A stretch of DNA of 64,000 bases from Hyphomicrobiales bacterium. Its GTDB lineage: Bacteria > Pseudomonadota > Alphaproteobacteria > Rhizobiales > MH13. The notes under the pieces were generated by a model. It saw nothing but the letters and a program-made list of their open reading frames with translations. It was not told where the DNA came from and searched no databases. The stretch is taken from positions 382,708-446,707 of the forward strand of contig JAVJSN010000015.1 of the NCBI GenBank assembly GCA_040219355.1, read 5' to 3'. This document shows, one piece after another, positions 1 through 10,119 of the stretch. A program made the translations under genes and the position numbers. How positions within the stretch are numbered: the first letter of the stretch is position 1; every line of letters starts with the position of its first letter.

Positions 1-1
1 C

Positions 2-958
2 ATCCTGACGCTGCCACGGATGACGGTGGAGTTCGGCGCACCCGATGGGCTCGATGCGCTGGATGTCAGGGTGTTGGGCGACTGGGACGATCCGGCACAA
101 TTGGTGGCCGGCATCCTCAGCGAATTGGGCGTGGGCGATAACCCGCGCATCGCTGTCAGCGATGATGCCGAGGCCGAAACCCTGATCGAGCTGCAACACC
201 TGCGTCCAAGCGTGCGCTTCCTGTCGGGTACAGACCTTCTACGACCTCAACGGGTGATCAAGGATGCCGATGAGATCGAGAAACTGCGTCGCGCTGGCGC
301 CATCACCGAAGCTGCTTTTGCCGCCACGGTGAAGCAGATGAAGATCGGCATGACCGAATTGGATATTTTGTCGGAGATCGATCACCAGATGAAAGCGCAT
401 GGCTCTCTGGGGCCGTCCTTCACCACGTCAATGTACAACACCGGTCCCAACATCACGCTGGAGTTCGGCAACAAACTAAAATCCTGGCCGCGCAAGCTGG
501 AGCCGCCGATCAGTGTGCTCTTTGACTTCGGCGCTGTGCTGGATGGCATGTGTTACGATTTTGGCCGTACGGCCTGCATGGGCGAGCCGTCCGCTGAACA
601 GATCAAGGTGCATAAGCTGATCATGGAAAGCCAGGCCGCCGGTATCGCAGCACTCAAAGCTGGCGCAGTCACTTGCGAGGCAGTCGATAAGGCGGCGCGT
701 GATGTGCTGGAGGATGCCGGCTATGGCGAGGCATTCCGCCACCGGTTGGGCCATGCGATCGGCTGGGATGTCCATGAACCGCCCTTCCTGACCAATGGCG
801 ACAAAACGCTGGTCGAAGAAGGCATGATATTTACCATTGAGCCGTCGATTTTCCGTGATGGGGATTCAAGCGCTCGGGTCGAGGATTGTGTTGTGGCTCG
901 TCCAAATGGCGGGGAGGCACTGACCAGTGGCTTTCAGGAATTGATCGTGATTGCCTGA
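2..958 (+). CDS. M24 family metallopeptidase (Xaa-Pro peptidase-like), 5' end outside the window
   Basis: All five pita-bread metal ligands are present: DFG..D(FGRT), HRLGHAIGWDVHE, TIEPS, RVED. The frame is open back to base 2. Confidence 0.85.
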   Translation: MLTLPRMTVEFGAPDGLDALDVRVLGDWDDPAQLVAGILSELGVGDNPRIAVSDDAEAETLIELQHLRPSVRFLSGTDLLRPQRVIKDADEIEKLRRAGAITEAAFAATVKQMKIGMTELDILSEIDHQMKAHGSLGPSFTTSMYNTGPNITLEFGNKLKSWPRKLEPPISVLFDFGAVLDGMCYDFGRTACMGEPSAEQIKVHKLIMESQAAGIAALKAGAVTCEAVDKAARDVLEDAGYGEAFRHRLGHAIGWDVHEPPFLTNGDKTLVEEGMIFTIEPSIFRDGDSSARVEDCVVARPNGGEALTSGFQELIVIA

Positions 959-1079
959 CAACGGTGACGGGTGATCGGCGGCGAGGGCGTGTGGGTCTGG
1001 AGAAAACCCTCTGGCACGTGCAAACAGAAACTGGGCAAGCTCTGGCCCGCCGAACGATCCGTGCGTATACGGAGTGACT

Positions 1080-1688
1080 ATGCGAGATGACAATCCCCGG
1101 CTGGACACGGCGTCAGAAGCGTTCCGGATCGGCCCGCCTATGCGCGCTTCGCGTCAGAAGGCCGGTATGACTCTTCAAGATGTGGCGCGCTCGGCCGGGG
1201 TATCAATCGGTTATCTGAGCTTGATTGAGCGTGACCAAGCCACACCGACCTTAACGACGCTGGACCGCATCGCGCAGGCCTTAGGGGTCGGGTTGGAGAG
1301 GTTCGTGGTACGTCCAGAGCCGGTTGAATGCGTGACCCGTGCCGCCGAGAGGCAGCGCTTTTACGTTGGCTCCGACTTGCTAGGCTATGAAAGGGTGAGC
1401 GCTCAGTTCCCTGGGTCGGAACTGTCAAGCTATGTGTTGACGATCGCGCCGGGCTATCACTCCGAAACGGTCGACCATGCAGGCGAAGAGCATGTCTATC
1501 TCCTTTCAGGCGCCCTTGACGTTCGACTTGATGGCAAGTTGCTGTGTTTGATGCCGGGCGACAGCGTGCATTACCCGTCGACCCAACCTCATGCCTGGGC
1601 CAACCCCTACGAAACGGTCGCCCAAGTACAGTGGACGGGCACGCACGACATTTTTACCCCGCGCAATATCACCAAGGCCGATCCATGA
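1080..1688 (+). CDS. XRE-family HTH + cupin transcriptional regulator (PuuR-like)
   Basis: N-terminal HTH (MTLQDVARSAGVSIGYLSLIERDQATPTL) and C-terminal cupin (HAGEEHVYLLSG...GDSVHYPSTQPH). GGAG RBS at 1071. Confidence 0.9.
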   Translation: MRDDNPRLDTASEAFRIGPPMRASRQKAGMTLQDVARSAGVSIGYLSLIERDQATPTLTTLDRIAQALGVGLERFVVRPEPVECVTRAAERQRFYVGSDLLGYERVSAQFPGSELSSYVLTIAPGYHSETVDHAGEEHVYLLSGALDVRLDGKLLCLMPGDSVHYPSTQPHAWANPYETVAQVQWTGTHDIFTPRNITKADP

Positions 1689-1755
1689 GCGCGGGGTCTT
1701 CGAACCAGCGTCGGCCCGCTCTACCTCGCCACACAGCGACAGAGGTGCGAACGTC

Positions 1756-2430
1756 ATGATCACCTTTTTCTATAGCATGGCGCCAAACCCCATGAAGGTG
1801 GCGCTGTTTCTCGAAGAGGCTGGGCTCGACTACAAGGCCGTCCCTGTCGACACGAAAAAGGCCGAGCAGCACACTGATGCGTTCAAGACTATGAACCCGA
1901 ATGCGAAATTGCCGGTGATCATGGATGGCGAGACACCCGTCTTCGACAGCAATGCGATCCTGCTTTATCTTTCCGAAAAGACTGGGCAATTCTTACCCTC
2001 AGCCGATCAGCGCGGCGTCTTGCTGTCTTGGATGATGTTCGTGGCCTCGGGTTTGGGTCCATTTTCCGGCCAGGCGGTGCATTTTCGCAATTTCGCGCCT
2101 GAAAAAATTCCCTATGCCATCAAGCGGTACGATTACGAAGCGCGACGGCACTGGCAGATCGTGGACGATCAGCTCGGGCGGGGACCTTACATGTTGGGCG
2201 ATGTCTATTCGATTGTTGATATGGCGGTCTGGGGTTGGGGTGACCGGCTGACCTACATGCTGGGCGATGATGACATAATGCGGGGCTTTCCCAACCTCAA
2301 TCGCCTGATGAACGAGATTGATGCCCGCCCGGCCGGTCTGCGGGCACGTGGGCTCAAAGACCTCCACACATTTCAGCAGACCATGGATGAGGTCGCGCGC
2401 CGATCACTTTACCCGCAACTCTACGCGTAG
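1756..2430 (+). CDS. Glutathione S-transferase family protein (YfcG/YghU-like)
   Basis: APNPMKV, NPNAKLPVI, FDSNAILLYL, YSIVDMAVWGW motifs. The ATG at 1756 follows GAGGT. Confidence 0.9.
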   Translation: MITFFYSMAPNPMKVALFLEEAGLDYKAVPVDTKKAEQHTDAFKTMNPNAKLPVIMDGETPVFDSNAILLYLSEKTGQFLPSADQRGVLLSWMMFVASGLGPFSGQAVHFRNFAPEKIPYAIKRYDYEARRHWQIVDDQLGRGPYMLGDVYSIVDMAVWGWGDRLTYMLGDDDIMRGFPNLNRLMNEIDARPAGLRARGLKDLHTFQQTMDEVARRSLYPQLYA

Positions 2431-2444
2431 CTCGATAATTAGCG

Positions 2445-5400
2445 CTAGCTGGCTGCGGCTAGCAGGCTGGCGTTGCCGCCTGCAGCTGTTGTGTCGATGC
2501 AAATGTGGCGCTCAAGTCGACACCAGCGTCCGAAATCCTGCTCAGCAAGCAGGGAGATGATTGGGCCATCGCGTGATGCAAGTGCTTTGCGAAGTTGCCT
2601 AAGATGAACATCGTCGGCAAAGCAAACGACAGCCTCAAATCCCTTTAACTCACCAAGCGCAGACGATGCCAGCGTCCCTCCGACACCCTCACTGGCGCTC
2701 AGTCCTGGTGCAGTGCAAATCGGAACGCACCCATTTTCGGCGGCTACCGTAGCCTGCCGCAGAGCCTGTTCTCGGGTTGGGCCGAGGCAAAGTACAACGC
2801 CGCGACCATATTCAGAGAAGCGATTGGACTCACCTGTTGGCCCTGCCAGCGTTCTGGTGGAAAGCTGCTTTGCCTCTTTTTTGGATTCGTCGATCAGTCG
2901 TTGGACGGCGCTGACTTCTGCTGGTTTGGTTTCCTCACCTGCGTCAACGATGCGCTCAGGACGCGTGAAACGGGCAACATAATTCGGACCGCCTGCTTTC
3001 GGTCCGGTGCCTGAAAGACCTTCGCCTCCGAAAGGTTGAGAGCCGACGATCGCACCAATCTGATTGCGGTTCACATAAATATTGCCCGCGGCCACCTTGC
3101 TGGAGAGAAGCTGCACGCGGTCATCAATGCGAGAGTGAATGCCGAAGGTCAGGCCGTAGCCGCTCGCGTTAATGTCGTCGATGACGCCGCGTAGTTTTGG
3201 CGCTTTGAAGGTTGCCACGTGCAAAACAGGACCAAAAATTTCCACTTCCAAATCGGCGATACCGCCAACTTTGATCACAGTCGGTGCAACGAACGTACCT
3301 TGGGTTGGTGCTGATACCCGTTTCAACACCTGTCCGGTCGCCTCGGCCTTTTCGATATGAGCCAAGATACCCTCTTGGGCTGTTTCGCTGATGATAGGTC
3401 CAACATCACTGGACATCAGCCAAGGGTCACCGACCACAAGCTCATCCATGGCGCCGAACAGCATCTCCAAGAAGTTTTCAGCGATGTCCTCCTGAAGGTA
3501 CAGCATGCGCAAGGCAGAGCAGCGCTGACCGGCTGATTGGAATGCAGAAGCAACGATGTCTTTGATCGCCTGTTCTGGCAGTGCCGTGCTGTCGACGATC
3601 ATCGCATTCAACCCGCCCGTTTCGGCGATTAGAGGTGCGGTTGGCTCAACGTAGTCGACCATTGTTCGATGGATCGATTTGGCTGTTGCCGTTGAGCCCG
3701 TGAAACAAATGCCATGTATGTCTGGAGATGCTGCTATTTGAGCCCCAACGATTGAACCTGTGCCTGGCAGCAGTTGAAGAGTGGTTTTGGGTACACCGGC
3801 CTGGTGCAGCAGTTTGACGGCAAGGCCCGCGATCAACCCTGTCGGTTCGGCGGGCTTTGCCAGTACACCATTGCCTGCGGCCAGTGCTGCTGCGATTTGG
3901 CCGGTGAAAATTGCCAACGGAAAATTCCAAGGCGAAACGCACGCGAATACGCCACGCGATGGTCTGTCCATCTCAGTCCCTCTGGCCGCGTAGTAGCGCA
4001 GGAAGTCTACGGCTTCACGCAGTTCTGCAATCGCGTCAGCCGGTGTTTTCCCCGCTTCGCGGGCGAGCAACGCAAAAATCTCGCCGGCAGAGGCTTCGTA
4101 AAGATCCGCTGCTTGTCTCAGGACATTTGCACGGTGGGTTGGTGGTGCGGTCCAAGTTTGGGCCAGTTGTAACGCCATTTCGGTATCTTGCTTGGTGCAA
4201 TGCCTTAAGGTGCCAACGATATCCGTGGAGTTGGCTGGGTTGCGCACTGGCTGTGCGCCTTCTCCATCGGCTGGTGCCGCAAGCATCGGGCCGATTTCCC
4301 ACTGTGTGTTTTGAAATGGCGCCCGCAGGCGCTCATAGGTTTCAACATCCACTGGATTGTGGAGGTCAAAGCCTTTTGAGTTGCTGCGTTCTGGCGCGTA
4401 AAGATCTCTTGGTAACGGGACAGGGGATCGTGCGGTTTTCACCGCCTCAAAGGGGTCTTCGGCAATCGCTTCTGCTGGCACATCGGTGTCGACGATCTGA
4501 TTGACGAAGGAGCTGTTTGCACCGTTCTCTAACAGACGGCGAACCAAATAGGCCAGAAGATCGCGGTGTGGACCGACAGGAGCATAAATGCGGCAGCGGG
4601 CGTTTTCGCGTTCCATAACGGTGTCGTAAAGAGCTTCCCCCATGCCATGGAGTCGCTGGAACTCGAAGGCTTTTTGATCGCCTGCCAATTCCAAGATCGT
4701 TGCAACGGTGTGGGCGTTGTGCGTGGCGAATTGCGGATAAAGATGGTCGGTTAGGGTCAGCAAATGGTGCGCGCAACAGATGTAGGAGACGTCTGTAGCG
4801 GGCTTTCGCGTGAATACCGGATAATCCGAAAGCCCCTCAACCTGTGAACGCTTGATCTCGGTGTCCCAATAAGCACCCTTCACAAGCCGAACCATTACTT
4901 TCCGATTATGTTCTTTGGCAAGTGCGCTAATCCAATCGATGACGGGCAAAGCACGCTTGCCATAGGCTTGGACGACAACACCGAAACCATCCCAGTCTGC
5001 CAGTTTGGGGTCTTTGAGAACTGCTTCAATGACATCCAGGCTAAGATCAAGACGATCAGCCTCCTCTGCATCGATGTTCAGCCCCATGCCAGCTTCCTGG
5101 GCCATCCGGGCAAGACGGCTGGCACGTTCTACAAGTTCGCACATCACGCGATTTCGTTGGCCCAGCTCATAGCGAGGATGCAGCGCAGAGAGCTTAATTG
5201 AGATGCCTGGATTTTGCCTGATGTCGCCCGAATGGCATTCCTTTGCCAAGCGCTTGATTGCATCGGCATAGGCATCAAAAAATGCTTGCGCATCGCGCTC
5301 TGTTAAAGCCGCTTCCCCGAGCATGTCATAGGAGAAGGTATAGCCTCCTTCCTGTTGAGTGCGCCCACGCTCCAGCGCTTCTGCGATGGTTCGACCGAGT

Positions 5401-5909
5401 ACGAACGTGCCGCCAAGCTCTTTCATCGCGCTTTTGATAGCTACGCGGATAACCGGTTCACCCAGGCGCTTGATTGCGGAGCGAAGGACCGTCGCTGTGC
5501 CTTTATCATCGGACAGAACTTTGCCAGTCAACATCAAGGCCCAGGTTGACGCATTAACGAGCGATGAGCTGGATTTACCAAGATGCTCGCCCCAGGCTGA
5601 TGGGGCGATCTTGTCTTCGATCAGCGCATCGATGGTGTCCACATCGGGCACGCGCAACAGCGCTTCAGCGAGGCACATCAGCGCCACGCCTTCATCGGTT
5701 GAGAGCCCATACTCGGCAAGAAACACTTCCATCAGACCAGGACTTTTGGCCCTCCGGATCGTTTCAATTAGGCTGATTGCTCGCCGCTTTGCTTTGCTTC
5801 GCGTTTCTTGCGAGATGGCTGATTTCTCGACCAGCTTGGCCAGAACCACATCTTCTGCTGCCAGCGTGAGGCTTCTAATGGTCTTCCGTTGGTCCTCTAA
5901 GCGCGTCAT
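2445..5909 (-). CDS. putA: Bifunctional proline dehydrogenase / L-glutamate gamma-semialdehyde dehydrogenase
   Basis: EYGLSTDEGVALMCLAEALLRVPD, SYDMLGEAA, RLVKGAYWD, FATHNAHT, FQRLHGMGE, RRLLENGANSSF, SPWNFPLAIF, ETGG, GQRCSALR. Confidence 0.97.
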   Translation of the reverse strand: MTRLEDQRKTIRSLTLAAEDVVLAKLVEKSAISQETRSKAKRRAISLIETIRRAKSPGLMEVFLAEYGLSTDEGVALMCLAEALLRVPDVDTIDALIEDKIAPSAWGEHLGKSSSSLVNASTWALMLTGKVLSDDKGTATVLRSAIKRLGEPVIRVAIKSAMKELGGTFVLGRTIAEALERGRTQQEGGYTFSYDMLGEAALTERDAQAFFDAYADAIKRLAKECHSGDIRQNPGISIKLSALHPRYELGQRNRVMCELVERASRLARMAQEAGMGLNIDAEEADRLDLSLDVIEAVLKDPKLADWDGFGVVVQAYGKRALPVIDWISALAKEHNRKVMVRLVKGAYWDTEIKRSQVEGLSDYPVFTRKPATDVSYICCAHHLLTLTDHLYPQFATHNAHTVATILELAGDQKAFEFQRLHGMGEALYDTVMERENARCRIYAPVGPHRDLLAYLVRRLLENGANSSFVNQIVDTDVPAEAIAEDPFEAVKTARSPVPLPRDLYAPERSNSKGFDLHNPVDVETYERLRAPFQNTQWEIGPMLAAPADGEGAQPVRNPANSTDIVGTLRHCTKQDTEMALQLAQTWTAPPTHRANVLRQAADLYEASAGEIFALLAREAGKTPADAIAELREAVDFLRYYAARGTEMDRPSRGVFACVSPWNFPLAIFTGQIAAALAAGNGVLAKPAEPTGLIAGLAVKLLHQAGVPKTTLQLLPGTGSIVGAQIAASPDIHGICFTGSTATAKSIHRTMVDYVEPTAPLIAETGGLNAMIVDSTALPEQAIKDIVASAFQSAGQRCSALRMLYLQEDIAENFLEMLFGAMDELVVGDPWLMSSDVGPIISETAQEGILAHIEKAEATGQVLKRVSAPTQGTFVAPTVIKVGGIADLEVEIFGPVLHVATFKAPKLRGVIDDINASGYGLTFGIHSRIDDRVQLLSSKVAAGNIYVNRNQIGAIVGSQPFGGEGLSGTGPKAGGPNYVARFTRPERIVDAGEETKPAEVSAVQRLIDESKKEAKQLSTRTLAGPTGESNRFSEYGRGVVLCLGPTREQALRQATVAAENGCVPICTAPGLSASEGVGGTLASSALGELKGFEAVVCFADDVHLRQLRKALASRDGPIISLLAEQDFGRWCRLERHICIDTTAAGGNASLLAAAS

Positions 5910-6035
5910 TAAGCTGCCCCTGATCATCAAGATTTGCTTGGCAGCATAGCGTGATCGCGTTAGGCTAAATTCCTGAAAAATTCATATTGTTGGAGATCTT
6001 GACCTAAAGTCGTTTGTTTTTTGGGTGATATGGTG

Positions 6036-6503
6036 ATGAATGATCAATATCATAGGACATTAGACCGATATGACCAAGTTATCCTCGACATCTTATCGGT
6101 GGAGGGACGCTTGCCAATCACCGAGCTTTCTAAGCGGGTCGGTCTGTCAAAGACGCCATGTCAAAACCGCCTAAAACGGCTTGTCAGCGAGGGCTATATC
6201 ATTGGCTTTCGCGCCATTTTAAGCCCGCGAAAGCTTGGGCAAGAGCATGTTGCCTTTGTCGAAGTGAAGCTGTCTGACACGCGCGAAAAAGCCCTTCGCG
6301 ATTTCAACCGGGCTGTGATGGCAACGCCGGAGATTGAGCAGTGTCATATGATCGCCGGGGCGTTTGATTATCTGCTCAAAGTACGAACCGGGGATATGCG
6401 AGATTATCGTCTGGTGCTGGGAGAGAAGATTTCTGCTCTGCCGCATGTGGCAAACACATCGACTCACGTTTCCATGGAGGCGGTCAAAGACGCGTCGCGT
6501 TGA
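6036..6503 (+). CDS. putR: Lrp/AsnC family regulator, divergent from putA
   Basis: LDRYDQVILDIL..EGRLPITELSKRVGLSKTPCQNRLKRL and GAFDYLLKV. The divergent arrangement with putA is typical of alphaproteobacteria. Confidence 0.85.
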   Translation: MNDQYHRTLDRYDQVILDILSVEGRLPITELSKRVGLSKTPCQNRLKRLVSEGYIIGFRAILSPRKLGQEHVAFVEVKLSDTREKALRDFNRAVMATPEIEQCHMIAGAFDYLLKVRTGDMRDYRLVLGEKISALPHVANTSTHVSMEAVKDASR

Positions 6504-6602
6504 TTTCAGTGTGTTGAGAAGACTCGATTTTTTGATAGGGTTTGGCTGGCCAATTTTCTTGGGCGTGCCAAGCCTAAGTTCTAAATCACAGGGAACCTGA
6601 TC

Positions 6603-7442
6603 ATGAAAATGTTGACGTTTGGACTTTCGGTTTTGGCGCTAGCCACGATGTCCTTCTCTATTGGTTCGGCAGTTGCAGATGATCATGCCGCATGTGCTGC
6701 GGGAAAGACCTTGGAAGACGGCATTTTGACGATCGCGACCGGCAATCCTGCTTTTTATCCGTGGGTACTCAATGATGATCCGGCGAGCGGCGAGGGCTAT
6801 GAGGCGGCGGTGGCTTACGCAATTGCCGACGCCATGGGCTTTGACGCTGACCATGTGACCTGGGTGCGAACCTCGTTCGATGAAGCCATCCAGCCGGGCT
6901 CGAAAGACTTTGATTTCAACATGCAGCAATATTCGATCACCGCGGAGCGCGAGGAAATGGTCGACTTTTCGCTGCCCTACTACACCTCGGCTATGGCGGT
7001 GCTCACCACGCAGTCGGTCGTCGATGCTGGCCTTGAACCCACGGTAGCGTCCCTGCAAGGCGCCATTTGGGGTGCCCATTCCACAACGACCGCTTTGCCG
7101 ATGCTCAACGAGATCGTTCAGCCAGAACGTGATCCGCTGCTTTATGGCGACAATGTCGACGTGACAGCGGCGATGCAGGCCGGTCAGATCGATGCGGCAC
7201 TGTTTGATCTGCCGACAGCGCTCTATCTGGCAGCCGTTGTGGTCAATGACGGCGTGATTCTGGGTCAGTTCGCAGCCAATCGGTCGGACAACCCAGATCA
7301 GTTTGGTTTGCTGATGGAAGAGGGCAATCCGCTCAAGGAATGCGTTGATGCTGCGGTCATGGAGCTGACCGATTCCGGCGCGCTCGCCGCGATCGAAGCG
7401 CGATGGTTGCAGGAAGCCACCGGCGTGCCCGTCATCGAATAG
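6603..7442 (+). CDS. Polar amino-acid ABC transporter substrate-binding protein
   Basis: Signal peptide and SBP_bac_3-like motifs (LTIATG, SITAEREEMVDFSLPYY). First gene of an SBP-permease-ATPase trio. Confidence 0.85.
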   Translation: MKMLTFGLSVLALATMSFSIGSAVADDHAACAAGKTLEDGILTIATGNPAFYPWVLNDDPASGEGYEAAVAYAIADAMGFDADHVTWVRTSFDEAIQPGSKDFDFNMQQYSITAEREEMVDFSLPYYTSAMAVLTTQSVVDAGLEPTVASLQGAIWGAHSTTTALPMLNEIVQPERDPLLYGDNVDVTAAMQAGQIDAALFDLPTALYLAAVVVNDGVILGQFAANRSDNPDQFGLLMEEGNPLKECVDAAVMELTDSGALAAIEARWLQEATGVPVIE

Positions 7443-8309
7443 ATGGCCGACACTGGACTGAGATCGGGCGCCAGCCCGGCGGCCACAACCAGAGCAACGC
7501 CCACCCGCCGCGCCGCCTACGAAGCGCGAATGAAACGGCGGTCCGTGACGATCGCCGTGACGTCCACATTGGCGGTATTGGTTGCGTTTGTTCTCCTGGT
7601 GCCTTTCGCGCCGGGCTGGGAGGCGGTGCAGCGCAGTTTCTTCAACGGGCAGGTCTTCGCCCGAACTTTTCCGGGGCTCCTCAACGCATTTTTGCAGAAC
7701 GTGATGATCTTTGCCTGGTGTGCGCCGATCATTGCGATCCTCGGACTGGCGATTGCCCTCTGCCGGGATGTGCGGGCACCGATCCTCTTCCCGCTGCGCA
7801 TGTTCGGGGCGCTCTACACCGATGTGTTTCGCGGCGTTCCGGTTATCCTGGTCATCTATCTGATTGGGTTCGGCGTGCCCGGTCTTGGGCTGCCCCGACC
7901 TTGGAATTCGCCCTATATCTGGGGCTCGCTGGCTCTGGTTCTGGTCTATGCCGCCTATGTGGCCGAGGTCTTCCGCTCCGGCATTGAATCGATCCATGAA
8001 AGCCAGCGTGCGGCGGCGGCTTCTCTTGGTTTGTCCGATCAGGACGCGATGCGGTTTGTGGTGCTGCCTCAGGCCATCCGCAATGTGATGCCGGCCAACA
8101 TGAACCTTTTTATCGCTCTGCAAAAAGATGTGGCGCTGCTCTCCTTCATCGGGCCGGTGGAAATTTTTCGCCAGGCCGGCGTCTACAAGTCGCTGTTTGC
8201 CAACTTCACGCCCTATGTCGGCGCGGCGCTGATCTTTCTGGCGATCACGATTCCAGCGACGCGCTATGCCGATTATCTGCTGCACCGGCAAACGAGGCGC
8301 CGGACGTGA
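7443..8309 (+). CDS. Polar amino-acid ABC transporter permease (HisM/GlnP family)
   Basis: [41 protein letters not shown]. Confidence 0.92.
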   Translation: MADTGLRSGASPAATTRATPTRRAAYEARMKRRSVTIAVTSTLAVLVAFVLLVPFAPGWEAVQRSFFNGQVFARTFPGLLNAFLQNVMIFAWCAPIIAILGLAIALCRDVRAPILFPLRMFGALYTDVFRGVPVILVIYLIGFGVPGLGLPRPWNSPYIWGSLALVLVYAAYVAEVFRSGIESIHESQRAAAASLGLSDQDAMRFVVLPQAIRNVMPANMNLFIALQKDVALLSFIGPVEIFRQAGVYKSLFANFTPYVGAALIFLAITIPATRYADYLLHRQTRRRT

Positions 8310-9049
8310 CGGCGCAGTCAGGCGTAAAACTCTCGCTTCGCGGGGTGGAGAAGAGCTTTGGGCAGAACCATGTCTGCCGCGGTATCGATCTTGATGTTGC
8401 CGATGGCGAAATGGTGTGCCTCATCGGGGCATCGGGGTCCGGCAAGTCGACGCTGCTGCGCTGTATCAACCTGCTTGAACCGATCGATGATGGCGCGATT
8501 TTTCTGGACGGCATCGACATCGCTGAGCCCGGCTACGACCCGCAGCCAGTGCGCGAGCGCATCGGCATCGTGTTTCAGTCCTACAACCTATTTCCGCATA
8601 TGACGGCTGAGGAGAATGTGATGCTGGCGCCGATGCGCGTACGCGGTCGCAGCAAAGCTGAGCTTGCCGAACCGGTCGTGGCCTTGTTCGAGCGCTTCGG
8701 ATTGCCGGAGCATCGCTACCATTATCCCGACCAGCTCTCAGGCGGTCAGCAACAGCGCGTGGCGATTATCCGCGCGCTGGCGATGGAACCGGAGATCATG
8801 CTCTTTGATGAGATCACCTCTGCGCTCGATCCGGAGCTGGTCGGCGAGGTTTTGGATGTCCTGCGGCAACTCCACCGCGATGGCATGACGATGATCCTTG
8901 CCACCCATGAGATGGGGTTCGCGCGCGAGCTGGCCAACAAAGTCTGCTTTCTGGATGCCGGTCGCATTTTGGAGGAGGGCGCGCCGGACGATGTGTTCAG
9001 TGCGCCACAACAGGAGCGCACCAAGGCTTTTCTGTCGCGCGTGCTCTGA
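8306..9049 (+). CDS. Polar amino-acid ABC transporter ATP-binding protein
   Basis: [35 protein letters not shown]. Confidence 0.95.
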   Translation: MTAQSGVKLSLRGVEKSFGQNHVCRGIDLDVADGEMVCLIGASGSGKSTLLRCINLLEPIDDGAIFLDGIDIAEPGYDPQPVRERIGIVFQSYNLFPHMTAEENVMLAPMRVRGRSKAELAEPVVALFERFGLPEHRYHYPDQLSGGQQQRVAIIRALAMEPEIMLFDEITSALDPELVGEVLDVLRQLHRDGMTMILATHEMGFARELANKVCFLDAGRILEEGAPDDVFSAPQQERTKAFLSRVL

Positions 9050-9054
9050 AGAGC

Positions 9055-10005
9055 CTAACTGCGCCATAGTGCGTTTTGCTCGTGCCTCAGGATCGTGTCG
9101 GCAAGCGTGGTGAACTCGCGCACGATGAACTGATGGAACCGCCGAACAGTCGGCCCTAGCGGAACATCGGCGCGTGTCAAAAGCCCCAAGTTCCGTTCCG
9201 GATGACCGATCTTGATGGAGAGCGCCGACAGCATTTTCTGTCGACGCAGCGTGAAAACCACAGAGTATGGCAGGATGGTGAGCGCGTCGGAGCGTTCGAG
9301 AATGTTGATGATCGACGTTAGCGAGCCGCCCGAAAAACTCACGCGGAAATCGCGCATTCCGATGCTGGAGAGGACGCTGCGCAAATCTTCATAAAGCGGG
9401 CTGTCCGTCGGCGGTGCGATCCAGGGGTAGGGAGCAATGTCGGACAGTGTCACCGACGTGCGATTGGCGACGGGATGCGTCGCCCCGCAGGCAATTACAT
9501 TGCGACCAGGCAGGATGTCTTTGAACGAAAAGTCGCTTGGGATGGCATCCACTTTCATTGGGCAAATCGCAACGTCGAGTGTGCCAGCCTCAAGCTTTTC
9601 CATCAGGTCTTGGGCATAATTGTAGGACTGGTCGATGCGCACGTCCGGGTGACCGTTCTGAAACTCTGCAATCATGCCGGAAATGACGCCGTCCATGAAA
9701 ATCGGAGATCCGCCAACGCGCACCATGCCGGAGCGTCCATCAAGGTAGCGTTTGACGACGTCTGATGCAGCCTTATTGGCGGCCAAGACCTTTCGTCCTT
9801 CGGCGGCCAGCGCCAGACACAGTTCAGTCGGCTGAAGAGGGCGTTTGTTTTTCTCAAACAGGCGGGAGCCGACCCGCGCCTCCAGAAGCGAGAGCGTCCG
9901 CGATACGCTGGGCTGCGATTTGCCAAGCGCCTCGGCCCCTTCCGTCAAACCACCAGAATCCACGATGGCAGCGACGATCTCAAGGTGGCGCGGGTCAAAT
10001 TTCAT
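9055..10005 (-). CDS. LysR family regulator, divergent from the aromatic operon
   Basis: N-terminal HTH (GGLTEGAEALGKSQPSVSRTLSLLE...LFE) plus a substrate-binding domain. Confidence 0.93.
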   Translation of the reverse strand: MKFDPRHLEIVAAIVDSGGLTEGAEALGKSQPSVSRTLSLLEARVGSRLFEKNKRPLQPTELCLALAAEGRKVLAANKAASDVVKRYLDGRSGMVRVGGSPIFMDGVISGMIAEFQNGHPDVRIDQSYNYAQDLMEKLEAGTLDVAICPMKVDAIPSDFSFKDILPGRNVIACGATHPVANRTSVTLSDIAPYPWIAPPTDSPLYEDLRSVLSSIGMRDFRVSFSGGSLTSIINILERSDALTILPYSVVFTLRRQKMLSALSIKIGHPERNLGLLTRADVPLGPTVRRFHQFIVREFTTLADTILRHEQNALWRS

Positions 10006-10018
10006 AACGTGAAGTTAT
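10004..10018. promoter_or_regulatory. Putative LysR recognition site ATAAC-N5-GTTAT (T-N11-A dyad) overlapping the lysR start codon
   Basis: ATAACGTGAAGTTAT is an interrupted palindrome with T-N11-A spacing in the divergent promoter. Confidence 0.65.
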
Positions 10019-10119
10019 ATTAACGCTCGCGAATTGGATCAAGTGACGGAATTTGACGTGCTAGCGTTCCCTTAATGAGAAGAGCAAGCGCTCACTAAGG
10101 GCGCCGTCCGGGAGGATCG

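Noticed and set aside
6639-8291. 550-aa ORF on the minus strand
   Set aside because: It is an antisense shadow of the well-supported SBP and permease genes and has no motifs. Long shadow ORFs are common at this GC content, and the same applies to most short overlapping ORFs in the track.
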